The position numbers were made by a program, and so were the translations under genes. The notes beneath the pieces were generated by a model that saw only the letters and a list, made by a program, of their open reading frames with translations, had not been told where the DNA came from and ran no database searches. DNA of 64,000 bases from the NCBI RefSeq assembly GCF_006345805.1, contig NC_042998.1, forward strand, positions 188,852,001-188,916,000, written 5' to 3'. Positions 13,101-26,553 of this stretch are shown in pieces. This DNA comes from Octopus sinensis (lineage: Eukaryota). The first letter of the stretch is position 1; every line of letters starts with the position of its first letter.

Positions 13101-13639
13101 GCATATGTATTTATATATGTATAAAGATAGTGTGCGCGTGAGATGTGTATGTGTGTGTGCGTGTGTGTGTTTTGTTGGATAGATAGATTGATAGATAGAT
13201 TTGTGCTTTTCCGTTTCTTTCATAAATAGTAATATTTCTGATTATATTTCCTACTGGCTGAAATTAATCAACGTTACAAGAGGTATAAGTTAATATATAT
13301 TGCTCGTCCAGTGTTTATTCTTCTTTTTCTTATTTTCCTGTTTTTATTTTAGGTCAAGAAGAAAGCTATTCTCCATAACCTGTGACAGGGCCTTGAGATT
13401 ACTGTGAGAAAAGAATGTATCTACAAACCGGAAACCCATCCTGAAAGCTTGCTACAGAGTGGACTCCGTTAATGTGCCATTAGACTCCTAAGGTGCCATT
13501 AGACATTAAACAAGTCTAACACTCAAACAGGGGAGGGTGGTATTTGAATTCAGAGCACAAGGGACGGGAATAACCACAACTAGGTATCCAGCCCGATGTT
13601 CATGCAGTTTCGCCAATTCACTTCTTTAGATTTGTTCTT

Positions 13640-13770
13640 TTTTACCGACCTCGAAAGGATGAAAAAAACTTGTCTTCGATGGAACTTGAATTCGGAATGT
13701 AAAGAATCGGGTGTAAACACCACGACGTATTCTGTTCGACGCTCTAAAAACACTTCTAATTCTTTTTATT
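13640..13770 (-). mobile_element. Old diverged family A-related SINE fragment
   Basis: accgacctcgaaaggatgaaa...aacttgaattcggaatgtaaag. Confidence 0.55.
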
Positions 13771-14616
13771 ACACTAATTGTTTAATACCGTCTCTCTAAG
13801 AAAACGTAAAATAAGCCGTACCATTAACAATACATTTGCCATCTATGAAATACTTTCTTGTTGGTTTATAGAAGTGGGATGCATTTCTTAATGATACCTA
13901 TTAACTTCTTGATGATATTGACCGAGAAGTATTTAATGCCTTTGTCAGTAACCGAGCACAGAGCCTAAAGGCTAAACTCTCTTCTACAGTTTTCCTAATT
14001 TACTTCCACCTGCCAAAACCTGTGTGCTCTTGTCTCATTTCATTAAAGGATAACACGCGTGGGTGTCCATATAAATTAAACGAAACTAGCATTATTAACA
14101 AACCTAATTAGCATCAATCTTTTTCCAAATAACTCAGAAACATAACCAATTTCTAAACCATTTTACTCATAAGCCTAGTAACTGAGTGTATAGGATTAAA
14201 TAGATCAATTGTAGCGTTCATCTAGAGCAAAAACCTAAAAATATTCCCGTAAACATAATATAAGATAGTACTCAGTAGTCGATTCTTAAATGGGTTTCAT
14301 GATTTTTTTACTTCAATGGTGTTTGTTCAATGAACATTGTACAAGATAATGAATAAGTTTTGAGGGTAATAATTTGCAAACTATACGTAAATTGAGACAT
14401 TAAGTTTTATCCAAAGAATATATTCTTTAAAAACTCCAGGAGAAAAATAGAGAAAAATCCGGAAACTTATTCGTGAAAGTGCTTTCATTGTAATTCGGAG
14501 AATATGCTTTGGGCATCTTCGTGTTGTAATATCATCGGCATCATCACCTTCATCATTACCATCACTGCCCACAGCAGCAGCAGCACCAGAAGTAGCAGCA
14601 TCAGTAGCTACAGCAT

Positions 14617-14698
14617 CATCGTCGTCGTCGTCGTGACCGTCGTTACCATCAACACCATCATCATCATCACAATCATCAAACCAACTTCATCATCATCA

Positions 14699-14735
<37 letters not shown>

Positions 14736-14793
14736 CCATCATCATCATCACCATCATCACCATCATCATCATCATCATCACCATCATCATCAC

Positions 14794-14825
<32 letters not shown>

Positions 14826-14889
14826 CCATCATCATTATCATCATCACCATCATCATCATCATCATCATCACCATCATCACCATCATCAC

Positions 14890-14920
<31 letters not shown>

Positions 14921-14945
14921 GTCGTCGTCGTCTTAATCGTCGTCG
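14617..14945. repeat. (CAT/CAC)n then (CGT)n
   Basis: Seen directly. Confidence 0.97.
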
Positions 14946-15290
14946 TTGTTATTGCTGTTTCATTTTTTGCTGAATTTGTTGATGTTGAACTGACGATGAT
15001 GATGATATTCATCGTGGCGATATTGTTGATATTGCTTTTGGTCCTGTTGATCTTATAGGGTGTTTTAGTTAATATTTTTTACTTATCTTATCATTGTTAC
15101 TTTTTTTTTTTTATTTAATCATTCCTAACGATTCTAATATTTCTCGAGGAGCTACGTAAATACTCCGCGCCATATCTGCAAACGGCACTCGCTAATGAGA
15201 AGAAACCAAATGGAATCAACAGAAAACCATAAATAACACGCAATCATTAAAGAAGCGGCGTATGTGTGTTTGTGTGTGTATGCATGTATG

Positions 15291-15328
<38 letters not shown>

Positions 15329-15329
<1 letters not shown>

Positions 15330-15483
15330 GTGACTGTGTGGTACGAGGCTTGCTTCCCAATCACGTGGTTCCGAGTTCAGTCCCATTGCGTGGCACCTTG
15401 GGCAAGTGTCTTCTACTATAGCCGCGGGCCGACCAACGCATTGTGAATGGATATGGTAGACGGAAACTGAAAGAAGCCTGCCG

Positions 15484-15544
<61 letters not shown>

Positions 15545-15750
15545 TTGTGCATCTGTGTTTGTACCCCAACCATCGCTTGCAACCGATGTTGGTGTGTTTA
15601 CGTCCCCGTAATTTGGCGGGTCGGCAAAAAGAGACCGATAGAATAAGTACTGGGCCTACAAAGAATAAGTCCTGGGGTCGATTTGTTCGACTAAAGGTGA
15701 TACTCTAGCATGGCCATAATCAAATGACTGAAACAAGTAACAGAATAAAA
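15329..15750 (+). mobile_element. SINE family B
   Basis: Full head-body-tail homology to the other B copies. Confidence 0.9.
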
Positions 15751-15754
15751 AATA

Positions 15755-15803
<49 letters not shown>

Positions 15804-16438
15804 ATGTATATATATATTTATAATAAATATATATATATACTCATATATATTATATATATATATGTATATGTATATATATATGTGTGTGTGTGTAGGCTGA
15901 TAGGTACGTAAGTATGTAGGTAAGTATGTGTATGTAAGTATGTCCTTTACACACTCCCACACATTCTATACGCATACATACACATACACATGTATACTTG
16001 CTAGATACATTTGACAGTGCGTATGCATACATGTATGCACACATACGATCATACATATAAATTGCATACATACTTGCATATATATACATACGAATAAATG
16101 CAATTTAGAGGTAGAAAAAAAATACTAAATGGTAAACATTATTAAAGACATTTCAACATGTTTCCCAAGAATTAATTATGCTTGAAATGAAGATGTAAGT
16201 TTGAACAAATTCCTGGCTTTGTATTTATTAATTTCACGAGATGCAAACTTGTAAATCCAACCCCAAACATACAACACTTGGCTTGTTGGAGCAAGTTGAT
16301 GATACAGCCAGGAGGCATTGCTGCTTCACTTCTCTTTTCAACAATCATTACTGCCATTCTCTTAACTGCCTTCTCTTTTCTTCGCTTTCAATATCATTTT
16401 CTCTCCTTCTTTCTATTTTACTTTTCATTTATTACTCT

Positions 16439-16474
<36 letters not shown>

Positions 16475-17217
16475 GTCACGTTTTACTTACATTCTCTTTT
16501 ATCCTTTCAACTATTTTCATTCTGAACTCGTCCTTTTATACGAAATTTTTTGTCTAACTTCTTCAATATTTTTATTTGTTCTCTTCCCTCTTCTTTTTTC
16601 TTCCCCTTTAACTCCCCCCTTTTCCTCCATCTTAACTTGCCTTTCTATACTTATCTTATTGTTAAATACCTGTATCACTCTTTGACATATATTAATTTCT
16701 CCTTTGGTTCTTCTTTCATTAACATCATTCTCCATACTTTCCGTATCCATCCGCCATCCTTCCCTTAACTCTTCTCTTATACTTTATGAATATATTTCTT
16801 CATTCATTGTCATCTTTTTATTTTTAGTCTTTCTTCGTCTTTTTATTCTTGAATTTCTTTCATATATTATATGCTTCGCTAATATGTCGTCTTTCTCTTT
16901 CATTATTTACTCTGAGACTATTTCTTTATGAGATCAGAAAAGGTTTTTGTAGTTTATAATAACTTTTGTGTTTATAGAAACTTTGTCAGTGGGACTACGT
17001 TTCATTCTAAGATATACTAGATGGTGAGGTGTGCACAGTATAGCAGCCAGAACATGTATCCAGTACATTGCTCAGTTCAGACTGTTTCGAATGCTTTGTC
17101 ATTAATACAGTGTAGGTCTTAGAAAGACACACACGAGCACATACCTATTTAAATACAGACAGACACACACACATATAGATATAGGGAGAGAGAGAGACAA
17201 AGACAGAGATTCAGACA

Positions 17218-17359
17218 GAGTGAGTGAGTGAGTGAGTGAGTGAGAGAGTGAGTGAGTGAGTGAGTGGGTGGGTGAGTGAGTGAGTGAGTGAGTGAGTGAG
17301 TGAGTGAGTGAGTGAGTGAGTGAGTGAGTGAGTGAGTGAGTGAGTGAGTGAGTGAGTGA
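17218..17359. repeat. (GAGT)n
   Basis: Seen directly, about 110 bp downstream of the exon 2 donor. Confidence 0.97.
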
Positions 17360-17470
17360 GAGAAACGGTGATCAACTATGTACTGAAAGGATATATAAGA
17401 ACCGAAACGGTTTGATAAAAGAAAGAAAGAAAGAAAGAAAAAAGAAAGAAAAGATGAAATGGATACAAAC

Positions 17471-17716
17471 CTTGGTTAAGGAAACTACAGCTTCGTTTCA
17501 GTGACAACCATTCCGAGTCTGTTATTCGAAAACATGATTTATAATCTGTGTTTGTGTTGTGACCAACAGCTCGTATGACACGGTAAGAGATGTGCCCTTC
17601 TCTGGGATCAGTGGAATGTCTTAAGGCATAGAATTTGAGAAGGGGTGAGCCATCAGAAATCCATGGCTGTGTATGAACCCGATAGGTTGCCTGCGGGAAG
17701 TACAAACAAACACATC
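17471..17716 (-). CDS. Ret: Ret-like coding exon 2 (cadherin-like domain 1)
   Basis: Acceptor ttctttatttcAG|GA, donor CAAG|GTTTGT, 246 nt, phase 1/1, open. Translation GCVCLYFPQATYRVHTQPWISDGSPLLKFYALRHSTDPREGHISYRVIRAVGHNTNTDYKSCFRITDSEWLSLKRSCSFLNQG. The pattern LYF...Y...G(S/T)PLL...ALR...L.L.RS matches the RET CLD1 as I recall it (human LYFSRDAY...GTPLLYVHALR...LYLNRS). Confidence 0.8.
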
Positions 17717-18254
17717 CTGAAATAAAGAATGAATTTTTTACATTAGTGAATCTGGTCCTTATAGAATTTTTTCAAATATACTAATAATTATAACTATTAT
17801 TATTTCTAACATACAAATATGGAATTAAACTTTGCAGCAAGAGTTTGGTGAACCCCAGTACTTGACTAATAATTATTTTATCAGCCCCAGAAAAATTAAA
17901 GATAAACTTGTCAATGGTGGAATTTGAACACAAAATGTAAAGTGGAGTAAGACAGCCTTTCGGGCAGCGCTTTACCGTTTCCACTAACTTTATGCAGGTG
18001 AATAGTTTGTATGGCTTTTTTTTCGCTTTGACTAAGAAAGAAAATAATGAAATGAAAAATTAATTTCGTTCAAATACAGGTATCTTCCTACTTATAAGAA
18101 CGGAACACAGGTATTCCTATTGCATGTGATTACAGAGATGTTTGCAGATACTTCGAAATAAAAAATAAGTCATTTCGGGTATCAAGTAGTTTTCTTGTTG
18201 AATATAAAGACACTTGTTATTTTAATCCGATGTAAAAAGGTTTACTGTTGCTAT

Positions 18255-18635
18255 GCTGTTGCTGTTGAGCAAACGGTCTTCGTCCCAGAGCTCGCAAGAT
18301 GAGAGAAGTCCGAAACGTAATCCTTTTGCTATTCGTAAGACCCGCAGAAGAGAAAGCAGGTCAACCCCCGACACCGAGAGCATCGACGGATAGATGAATG
18401 CGCATCCAGGCTCAGCGGTTGCGTAGGAAGTCGAGGACAGGAAACAAGAAGAAAGAATGAGAGAAAGTTGGAGCGAAAGAGTACAACAGGGGTCGCTACT
18501 ACCCCCTGCCGGAGCTTCGTGGAGCTTTAGGTGTTTTCGCTCAATAAACACACACAACGCGCGGTCTGGGAATCGAAACCGCTATCCTCCGACCGCGAAT
18601 CCACTGCCCTAACAATTGGGCCATTGCGCCTCCAC
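18255..18635 (-). mobile_element. SINE with family C head but a different 3' body (C2), perfect TSD
   Basis: About 18455-18635 matches the 8154 copy; the rest is unrelated. 12-bp TSD tactgttgctat at 18243-18254 and 18636-18647. Confidence 0.88.
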
Positions 18636-18906
18636 TACTGTTGCTATAGAAATGGTGTTGGTAAATTTATAAAAGTACCTCAAGGTATATTTTCTTTTCG
18701 CTTTAAGAATCAGCTATGAATCAGTAACTTTTAACTCTATGTCTATAGGTGTGTCTGTGCGTAATCTTTTAGTGACAATATTACACGAGTAACAGAGTAT
18801 TCATGTAGTATTCTCAGCTAATAAAAGATTATGTATATACATACACACACACACGCACACATGTGTATGAATGTATGCATGTATGTATGTATTATGTATG
18901 TATTAT

Positions 18907-19180
18907 GTGGAGGCGCGAAGCTTAGTGATTAAGGTATTCAGCTAAGAAGGGTCTTGAGTTCGATTCCTGGTGGCTCTTTGTGTCCTTGAGTAAGGCACTT
19001 TATTTCAAGTTACTCCAGTCCACTCAGCTAGCAAAATTGAGTAGTACCTGTCTTTAAGAGGGCCAGTCTTGTAACATTTAGTGTCACGCTGAATATCTCT
19101 GAGAACTACATTAAAGGTACGCGTGTCTGTAGAGTGCTCGACCATTTGCACATTCATTTCACGAGCAAGCTGTTCTGTTT
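18907..19180 (+). mobile_element. SINE, local family D (tRNA head, CORE-like centre, family C 3' module)
   Basis: gtggaggcgc head, gagttcgattcc B box, tgtgtccttgagtaaggcacttta centre. 19047-19179 is about 80% identical by eye to the reverse complement of 8207-8339. Confidence 0.8.
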
Positions 19181-21872
19181 CCAATGAGTGCCAGTTATAT
19201 GAATGTATGTATATGTGAGCATGCGTAAGAGAGAGAGAGAGAGGGAGAGATCTATATATGCTTGCATACAAGTACCAGAAGCGTAAACGTCTCTTGATTT
19301 ACTTTAATGTAGCTTTAAAATAAACCGACAATATAATTAGTAAAGTTGAAAACATTAACATGGTTTCTGAAATCTTTTGGGAAACTTCCTATGCATCAGC
19401 GTATTATTAGAGCAGTTCCAACAAAAGACCATATTCCTTACACCTCTGCAATTCATAATAGGGTGTATATACACTGACCTGTCCTAGAGACCACCTACAC
19501 AATAATATAATATGAACAATGAAAGACCACCATGATAAGCGAGGGACACGTTCCTTACTTACGACAAACTACGATCTCACCGTATGTCATCACTGCTTCC
19601 CAATACTTAAGTATATATACAATACTGAGCAATACTTCAACACTATCAAATCGCTATCTCTTCTTCTCGGTTCAGACATGGAAAACATATTCACATAGAA
19701 ATAACTGTTGCTTCCATAGTTCAAACACTTCTGGAGTGTACACCACCAAAAATAAGTGTAGAGGCGCAGGCAAATGCCGTGCCTCAACCGAGTCTACTTT
19801 TACTTCTTATATTTTTTTCTTGTCTCTGTTGCAGCTCTCACTAGAATCTATGGGCGTATAAGAATAGACCGAACAGTAAAGACTGTCACTCTCCAACCCA
19901 TCCCCACTCCATGGATGAGAGTGGTATAATTCTCGGCTTGGAAAAGAATATGGTATAACTGGGCAATGGAATCTGTTGGTTGCTCCTCGTTGTGCGTGCC
20001 ATAGAACTGTTCAATCAGAGATGATTGGGGCCAGACAATAATAACAACAACAATAAAATCAACACTAATAATTATTTTTCTTTAGTTATCCACGTTACCT
20101 AGTTGCACAAAATCATGGTCAGAGAAATATTTCAGAATGAATATCCTGATTGAAATTCAATGGTAAAGATTACTACAATCTCCGGATGCATCTCGCGGTT
20201 CTTTCAATTTGTGTTTATGTTTTTTGTACCCATTGATTTTAAACGTACAAAATGTCATAAAGAAAATTGTTTCTATGGAAGGTATTGCACGGAGCCTATT
20301 AAGCTCAGTTCTATTCAGTGTCATATGATTTCTCAAATAAAAAGAACAAGTTTTCAGATTATTGAAAATATTTTATTGTTATTCGTACTTTTTTCAGTAG
20401 CATGAAGTGAAATAGTTTCAACCTGGAAATCTAACCGGCTTATTTGCCGTTTAATTTTAATCTACAACCTGTGTTACCATGGTCTAAATAAATAATCTAA
20501 AGAAAATAGTAATTGGGAAAAATTGTTTAATCTGATTTCTTTAGACTCCGCTATTTTTCTATCCTCCAACACTTCTTTAGTAATAACCTATGAAGGATAA
20601 AAGCTTAAAGCCTCCTATTCAAATATTTATAAAGACAAATTTTTCTTGTAGTAAAGTGGTGTGACGAGGATAGAATTGAAATATAATTCCTTCAATTTGG
20701 AAGCTAAATATTTAACGAAAACTAATTCTTTAAACATTAATAGAAGCATATATTTGTTAGCTTCGACTTAGTTCATTGCTAGAATCTTAAGAAGATTGAA
20801 CCAAACGTGAAGAAATGACGGATTTAGTTGAAAGTACACGTTTTAAGCCAGTAGAAATCCTAAACAATATAAGGATTAGATTAGAAGATAATCGCTTTCG
20901 TTTTTTTTTTTTAATACATATTTCATTATCTCCTTGAGAAAATATGTAAGAACAACTATGGACAGTGAAACGGCAATTACAAAAGAAAAGAAGGAAATAG
21001 ATTTGTGCACACAACTTTGAACTGCTGCAAATTGTTGAATGTTGCATTTGGTCAAAGGAATAATATCTCTCTTGTTTTACAATTTTTATATATATTTCTA
21101 TTTACTTTAAAACATTAACTCCCATCTGCTATTATCTCAGCATAGTTTGACTGGCTAGAATAAAACGATGAGATTGGTTACCACAACAAATAAGTATACA
21201 AATATAGATAGCTAAGAAGGGATCGGATAAAAAGTAAATATAAAATGAGCAAAGAGCAAAAATGGAGGAAACAAAAAAAATGGATAATGGAAAATTGAAA
21301 GAAGTAACAGAAAGAATGAAAGTGAATGTTAAATAAATATGTAAAATTAGTGTAGGAGGTTGAGAAAGAAAAAAAAAGAAAGAATCTTTACAAATTTGCT
21401 TTGAAATATTTTAGAATAATTTTCTACTTTTCCTTTGAAGAAAATCTAAAGCTTTTGGAAGACAACAGGGAAGTAATTAATTAGAAAAATTCAAATAAAG
21501 TAATTCGTGAAGTTTTCTTTGATGCTTTTGTCTCATTCTTTTGTTTCTCATCTATATCAACGACTCTCTAATTTTATGAGTCATTTAAGAGTAATGGAAT
21601 TTGAGATTCGATGTACATCAGTTTCCTTTACTAATTTTTTTCTCTATTGTATGCTCAACTTGGAGCATGTTGTCCATTCTCAAACAGGTTTGTATAGTAG
21701 AGATCATGCATGAGCAGAATATTCCCGAAAGTGCGTAAAAGAGCATTATCTTCTTTCAATTAGTCACATAAATGACTCAAGGTCTGAGTGGGTTTCACAT
21801 ATTGCACTCTCATACATGCAGTGCTCAAAGCCCTTCACTCTTAGGTCGCCTACGTAACATTACATTCCAATA

Positions 21873-21873
<1 letters not shown>

Positions 21874-21956
<83 letters not shown>
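21874..21956. repeat. (CTAT)n
   Basis: Seen directly. Confidence 0.96.
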
Positions 21957-21957
<1 letters not shown>

Positions 21958-24900
21958 AAAGAGACTGAGAGAGAATATATAATTTCTGACACATGATGTA
22001 GAAGAAATATGTGTGACCACACGTAATAGCTACAGGAGAGAGAGTAACTTACAGCAGCTATAAAAATGAGACGCAGTGACTGCCTCTACTTGTCTGTATA
22101 TCCGTAAACTTGTTAGTGAACACATTAATTACTGAGAGTAAACTAATTCTATGTGCAATATTTTGATTGAGTTCTTTCCCTTCGTAAGTCAATTTCACCC
22201 GATTCGGTACTACATTCACCATCCGGTGTGGCTGCGAGCCACGAAACGATTCTGTCAGTTTATGCTTGTAATAAAGGTGTAGTTCTCAGATCAGTCGACT
22301 AGAGGCAGTCCCTGTGAGGCAATTTTATAGTAATTCTAAGTTTCTCTCTCTCTTCCTACTCTTTCTCTCTCTCTATATATATATATATATCTATCTATCT
22401 TTCTCCCTCTTCCTTCCCCCTCTCTCTAGTGTATGCAGATAGAATTAATGAAGAAAACACTCTTGAGATAATTTTCAAGCGAAACTAATTGAGACGTAAA
22501 TCATTTTCTCCTGTAGAGAGCGCCCTGTGTCTTTATCACATGATTTATATACATTTCAAGGTTGAATATATGCTTATTGTACTTAGAATTTATAAGCCAC
22601 ATATCCGTCATCTTTGTCGGCAACCCAACGGAGTCGAGGATGATTTTTCTCAACTTTAACTACTAAAGACCCTTGTATGACTAAGTAGATCAATGCAGGA
22701 TCCAGACACACGTTGTCATAATACTTTATTTTATATAATTATTCGTATGTATTTGTTTGTTAGAAGCCCTTCAGAACGAAGGGCTATTTAAGAAATAGAA
22801 TTGAAACTTGCATGTACATCTGTCTCTCTTTTTCAATCCATGAGCATATTGTATAGAAGTATTGTTTTTATCCGCCGTAAACACAGTATTGGTTAATACT
22901 AATATAGATATGTTCTATAGTACATTGTACAACGCGACCAAATACATCAGTAAGTTAATGTTCGAAACAGCTGCTAAGAATGCACTAAATATACAAACTG
23001 ATTTATCCAGTTCAATCTAATACTCGAATATTAGAGGCTTTATAAGCAGTATGCCTGTGGACATCTAAGGAAGACGAACAGTTGCTGAAGATAAGCTAGA
23101 CTGGGATCGAAATGTGCATCTTCCTAGTTTCCCTCTTTTTCTCTCTACGGATATATTGTATTGACGTTGTGTTTACATGCAACGTAACAATCAGTGTTGG
23201 CTAACATTTATAGTAGATTGTTGTAATTTATACCCATACCTACATACGAGAAAGTATAAGTATCACAAGTTCTTTTTCATTACTCCTCTAATTCCAAGCG
23301 CAATAAATTATTATTCCGTGAATTTCATGTAACCCCTTTCTGTTGATAAGATCTTTTCAGTAATAAGATCTTTTCAGGATTTTGATTTACAATTGCAATC
23401 TTAAGTGTCTTTGAGAAAATTTTGAAAATTTATTTCACCTTTTAGTTTGAAATTTCGTAACTGTGGAATAAAAGATTATTTATTTTCAATACTAACAATG
23501 TATTCGTAGTGGAGTAAAGCTAGGTAAGTTCTTTTTATGACAAGTCTGCAGCTTAAATTTGATTCGTTTATAGCTATTTCAACGTGGCAGCTGACTAAAT
23601 TTATTAGATACTAAATTTATTAGCTACTAGAGTGCTAACTGAAACTTTATTGCACTGTTTCCTTCTTTAAATCTACTTAACTTTCAGTGGTCTGTATCAG
23701 CTAGTTTAAAGTATTACAAGTTGAAAATGTTCATTACTTCGAGTAGCAGGAATAGCTAATCTTTAAAGAATTTCGTTAGATTACAAAAATAAGTTCAATA
23801 GAACGGCAAGCTATGAAGTAAGTCAATCTGGCTTGTGTAAACCTCACTGAAGGCATGACTTTCACGAACCTTTTTGCAGTGTAGTTGTATTTTTTACCCT
23901 GTTTTCCTCATCATTGCTACATATGTGAGAAAAGTTTAATATCAACATCATACACCATTTTTCTCCATTTTTCATTATTTTTCTTTTCTTTCGTTTTAAT
24001 AAAACTATTTTCCCCATTTTTTTTTCTTCAGCTTAACCATCCTCATCATTTCCATATCATCTTTAGTAAGTAAAAACACTAAAATATTTTACTCGGAAAT
24101 GAGCGAGAAAAACAAAGATATGAGGTATAAGGCTCATAAATTTATTGTAAAGTTTATTCCTTGTTTATAGCAGCGAAATGATTTAGAGTCTGGTGCAGTG
24201 ACAATTTATTATATTAGAACTTAGTACATTCACCTCTTTACTGTCCTTTTTCAGTGCATTTTAACAACTTTGTCCAGCACACTGTTTCACACTCTAAACA
24301 TTGTCATGCTAAATGATTTGTTCGCTTTTTGTCACTATCTCATCTTCCTTATTTCCGACCTCAACTTATTTTGTCACTTACTAGTGCATTTTGCCACATC
24401 ATCCTTTTATTCTTTGCTCTATCTTTACATGCCAGTTTAAATCAAATAATTCTTAACGCCCCTGCTTACCAATATATATCATTGCCACAATTAGCATTAC
24501 TAGATTCTATGCTAGACTTGTATTTTTGTTTAATGTTGTCAATATGGTTCATTTCTTCTGCGTTAACATTAGCAATGTGATTCTGGTTATCATCTTTATC
24601 GTTTTAACAATCGTTATTGCCACCAAAATCAATATACCATCAAACATCTCATCCAGCTTTAGTCAACTGTTAATATTTACAAAGACTGTTAAAGGTCTTA
24701 TCATCACCAATATTGTTGTATTATATATTCCTGTGGTCTTGATGAACTTATTAAAAAAAAGTTAATTAAAACATACCGTTGAAAAAGACACATAATAGAA
24801 CGTCTTATTCTATTTGCTTCTCAAATTTAGATTACAGTGAAGATATTTAGTGAGGGTTTTATTTCTCAAGAGTCAATAATATATGCACCAGTCATATCCT

Positions 24901-25176
24901 AGCATTGAATCATCTGACTATATTCAAATCTTAAATAAATAGCCCTGTGTGTAAAGAAAAAAAAAATCAATATAATATTAGAGAAACAAAACAGTTTCAG
25001 TAGAAAACTAAAGGGGTGAATCAGCTGGACTAACGTGAATACTAAAAGCAATAAAACGCGAAATGAATTGTTGCATTGTTCGCTTAAATAAAATCTTCTC
25101 AAGCAATTCAGCACATCGAAATCTCCTGTGAACCCTCCAGTGAATAAATCGGAACCGAGAATGTTCACTTAGACGG

Positions 25177-25471
<295 letters not shown>

Positions 25472-25527
25472 TTGGAAAGTTTGTATAAACTAAAAAAGAA
25501 AAAAGAGCTAATATTCTTTTAGATATA

Positions 25528-25784
25528 AAGGCGGCGAGCTGGCAGAATGGTTAGCACATCGGGCAAAATGCTTAGCGGCATTGCGTCTGTCTTTGCATTC
25601 CACCGAATTCGACTTTGCCTTTCATCCTTTCGGGCTCGATAAAATAAGTACCAGTCGATCCCAGTGTTTCACTGGTACTTATTTTAGTGACCTCAGTGGA
25701 ATTTGAAATCACAACGTAAAGACAGACAAAATGCCGCTAAGCATTTTGTCCGACGTGCTAACGATTCTGCCACCTCACCGTCTT
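25528..25784. mobile_element. Tail-to-tail inverted pair of family A SINE 5' halves
   Basis: Plus half 25528-25655, minus half 25656-25784. Perfect 15-bp inverted repeat aaaataagtaccagt (25641-25655) and actggtacttatttt (25671-25685). Confidence 0.88.
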
Positions 25785-26504
25785 TTTTCTTTGGTGTATA
25801 ATATAAAATGAGTAATATATTATGGTATGCAGTGAAGCATTATTGCCTACATTCATGTTTAATTATATATCTTTGTCCTAATATGCTACTGAAAACCGTA
25901 TTCAAAACTTATATCTACAAATTTTATTCAAAATTTATATCTACAAATACAATGCAGCGGAATTTTATACCAATAGAAAATTTTCAAAATGATTTTTCTG
26001 CCCTTTAGAATATAGAATATTCAGATAAACTATCTATGAACGTGTCAATCTCTTTCTAAGAATTAATAAGGTTGGCCGATTTTGTAAAATTAAATAGTAT
26101 ACATTTTTTTTCTATAAAATGCATTCTTAAAATAGCTTTTATCTTAATTTTATCATAAGATTTACAGTCAAATAATTACAAGAATTTGAAAATATAATTT
26201 ATCAATTGTTTATAAGTTATCGAATAAACATTACCTGAATTATATTTGATATCTTCGAAAATGAGGTGACATTTTAAATTCTACATTTTGAAGATTTGAT
26301 TCACACAATAAACAAAGCTAGAATGACGATCGAATAGTATATTTGATCCACCAGTCTTATGCTTACGCAAAATAGAGTCGAAATCTTTGAAGACTTTTCT
26401 TTAACACGATTGTTTTTAACAACATCGATATCTATAAATAAATCGGACACCTTACAGAAATTAAAGCATAAAACAAATAAAATTCACAGGGAAATATTAC
26501 TCAC

Positions 26505-26553
26505 CTGCCCATAATAGTGGCCATATTACTGACAAATCTCTGATGGAATGCAT
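26505..26553 (-). CDS. Ret: Ret-like receptor tyrosine kinase, coding exon 1 (signal peptide MHSIRDLSVIWPLLWA-G)
   Basis: ATG at 26553-26551 gives 16 codons plus 1 nt, then a perfect donor CAG|GTGAGT (GT at 26504-26503). The phase-1 splice to exon 2 gives MHSIRDLSVIWPLLWAGCVC-LYFPQ, a signal peptide with the cleavage context matching vertebrate RET (VALG-LYF). Confidence 0.72.

Noticed and set aside
13353-13420. Strong plus-strand acceptor at 13351-13352
   Set aside because: All three frames stop within 20 codons and no partner exon was found; antisense use unsupported.
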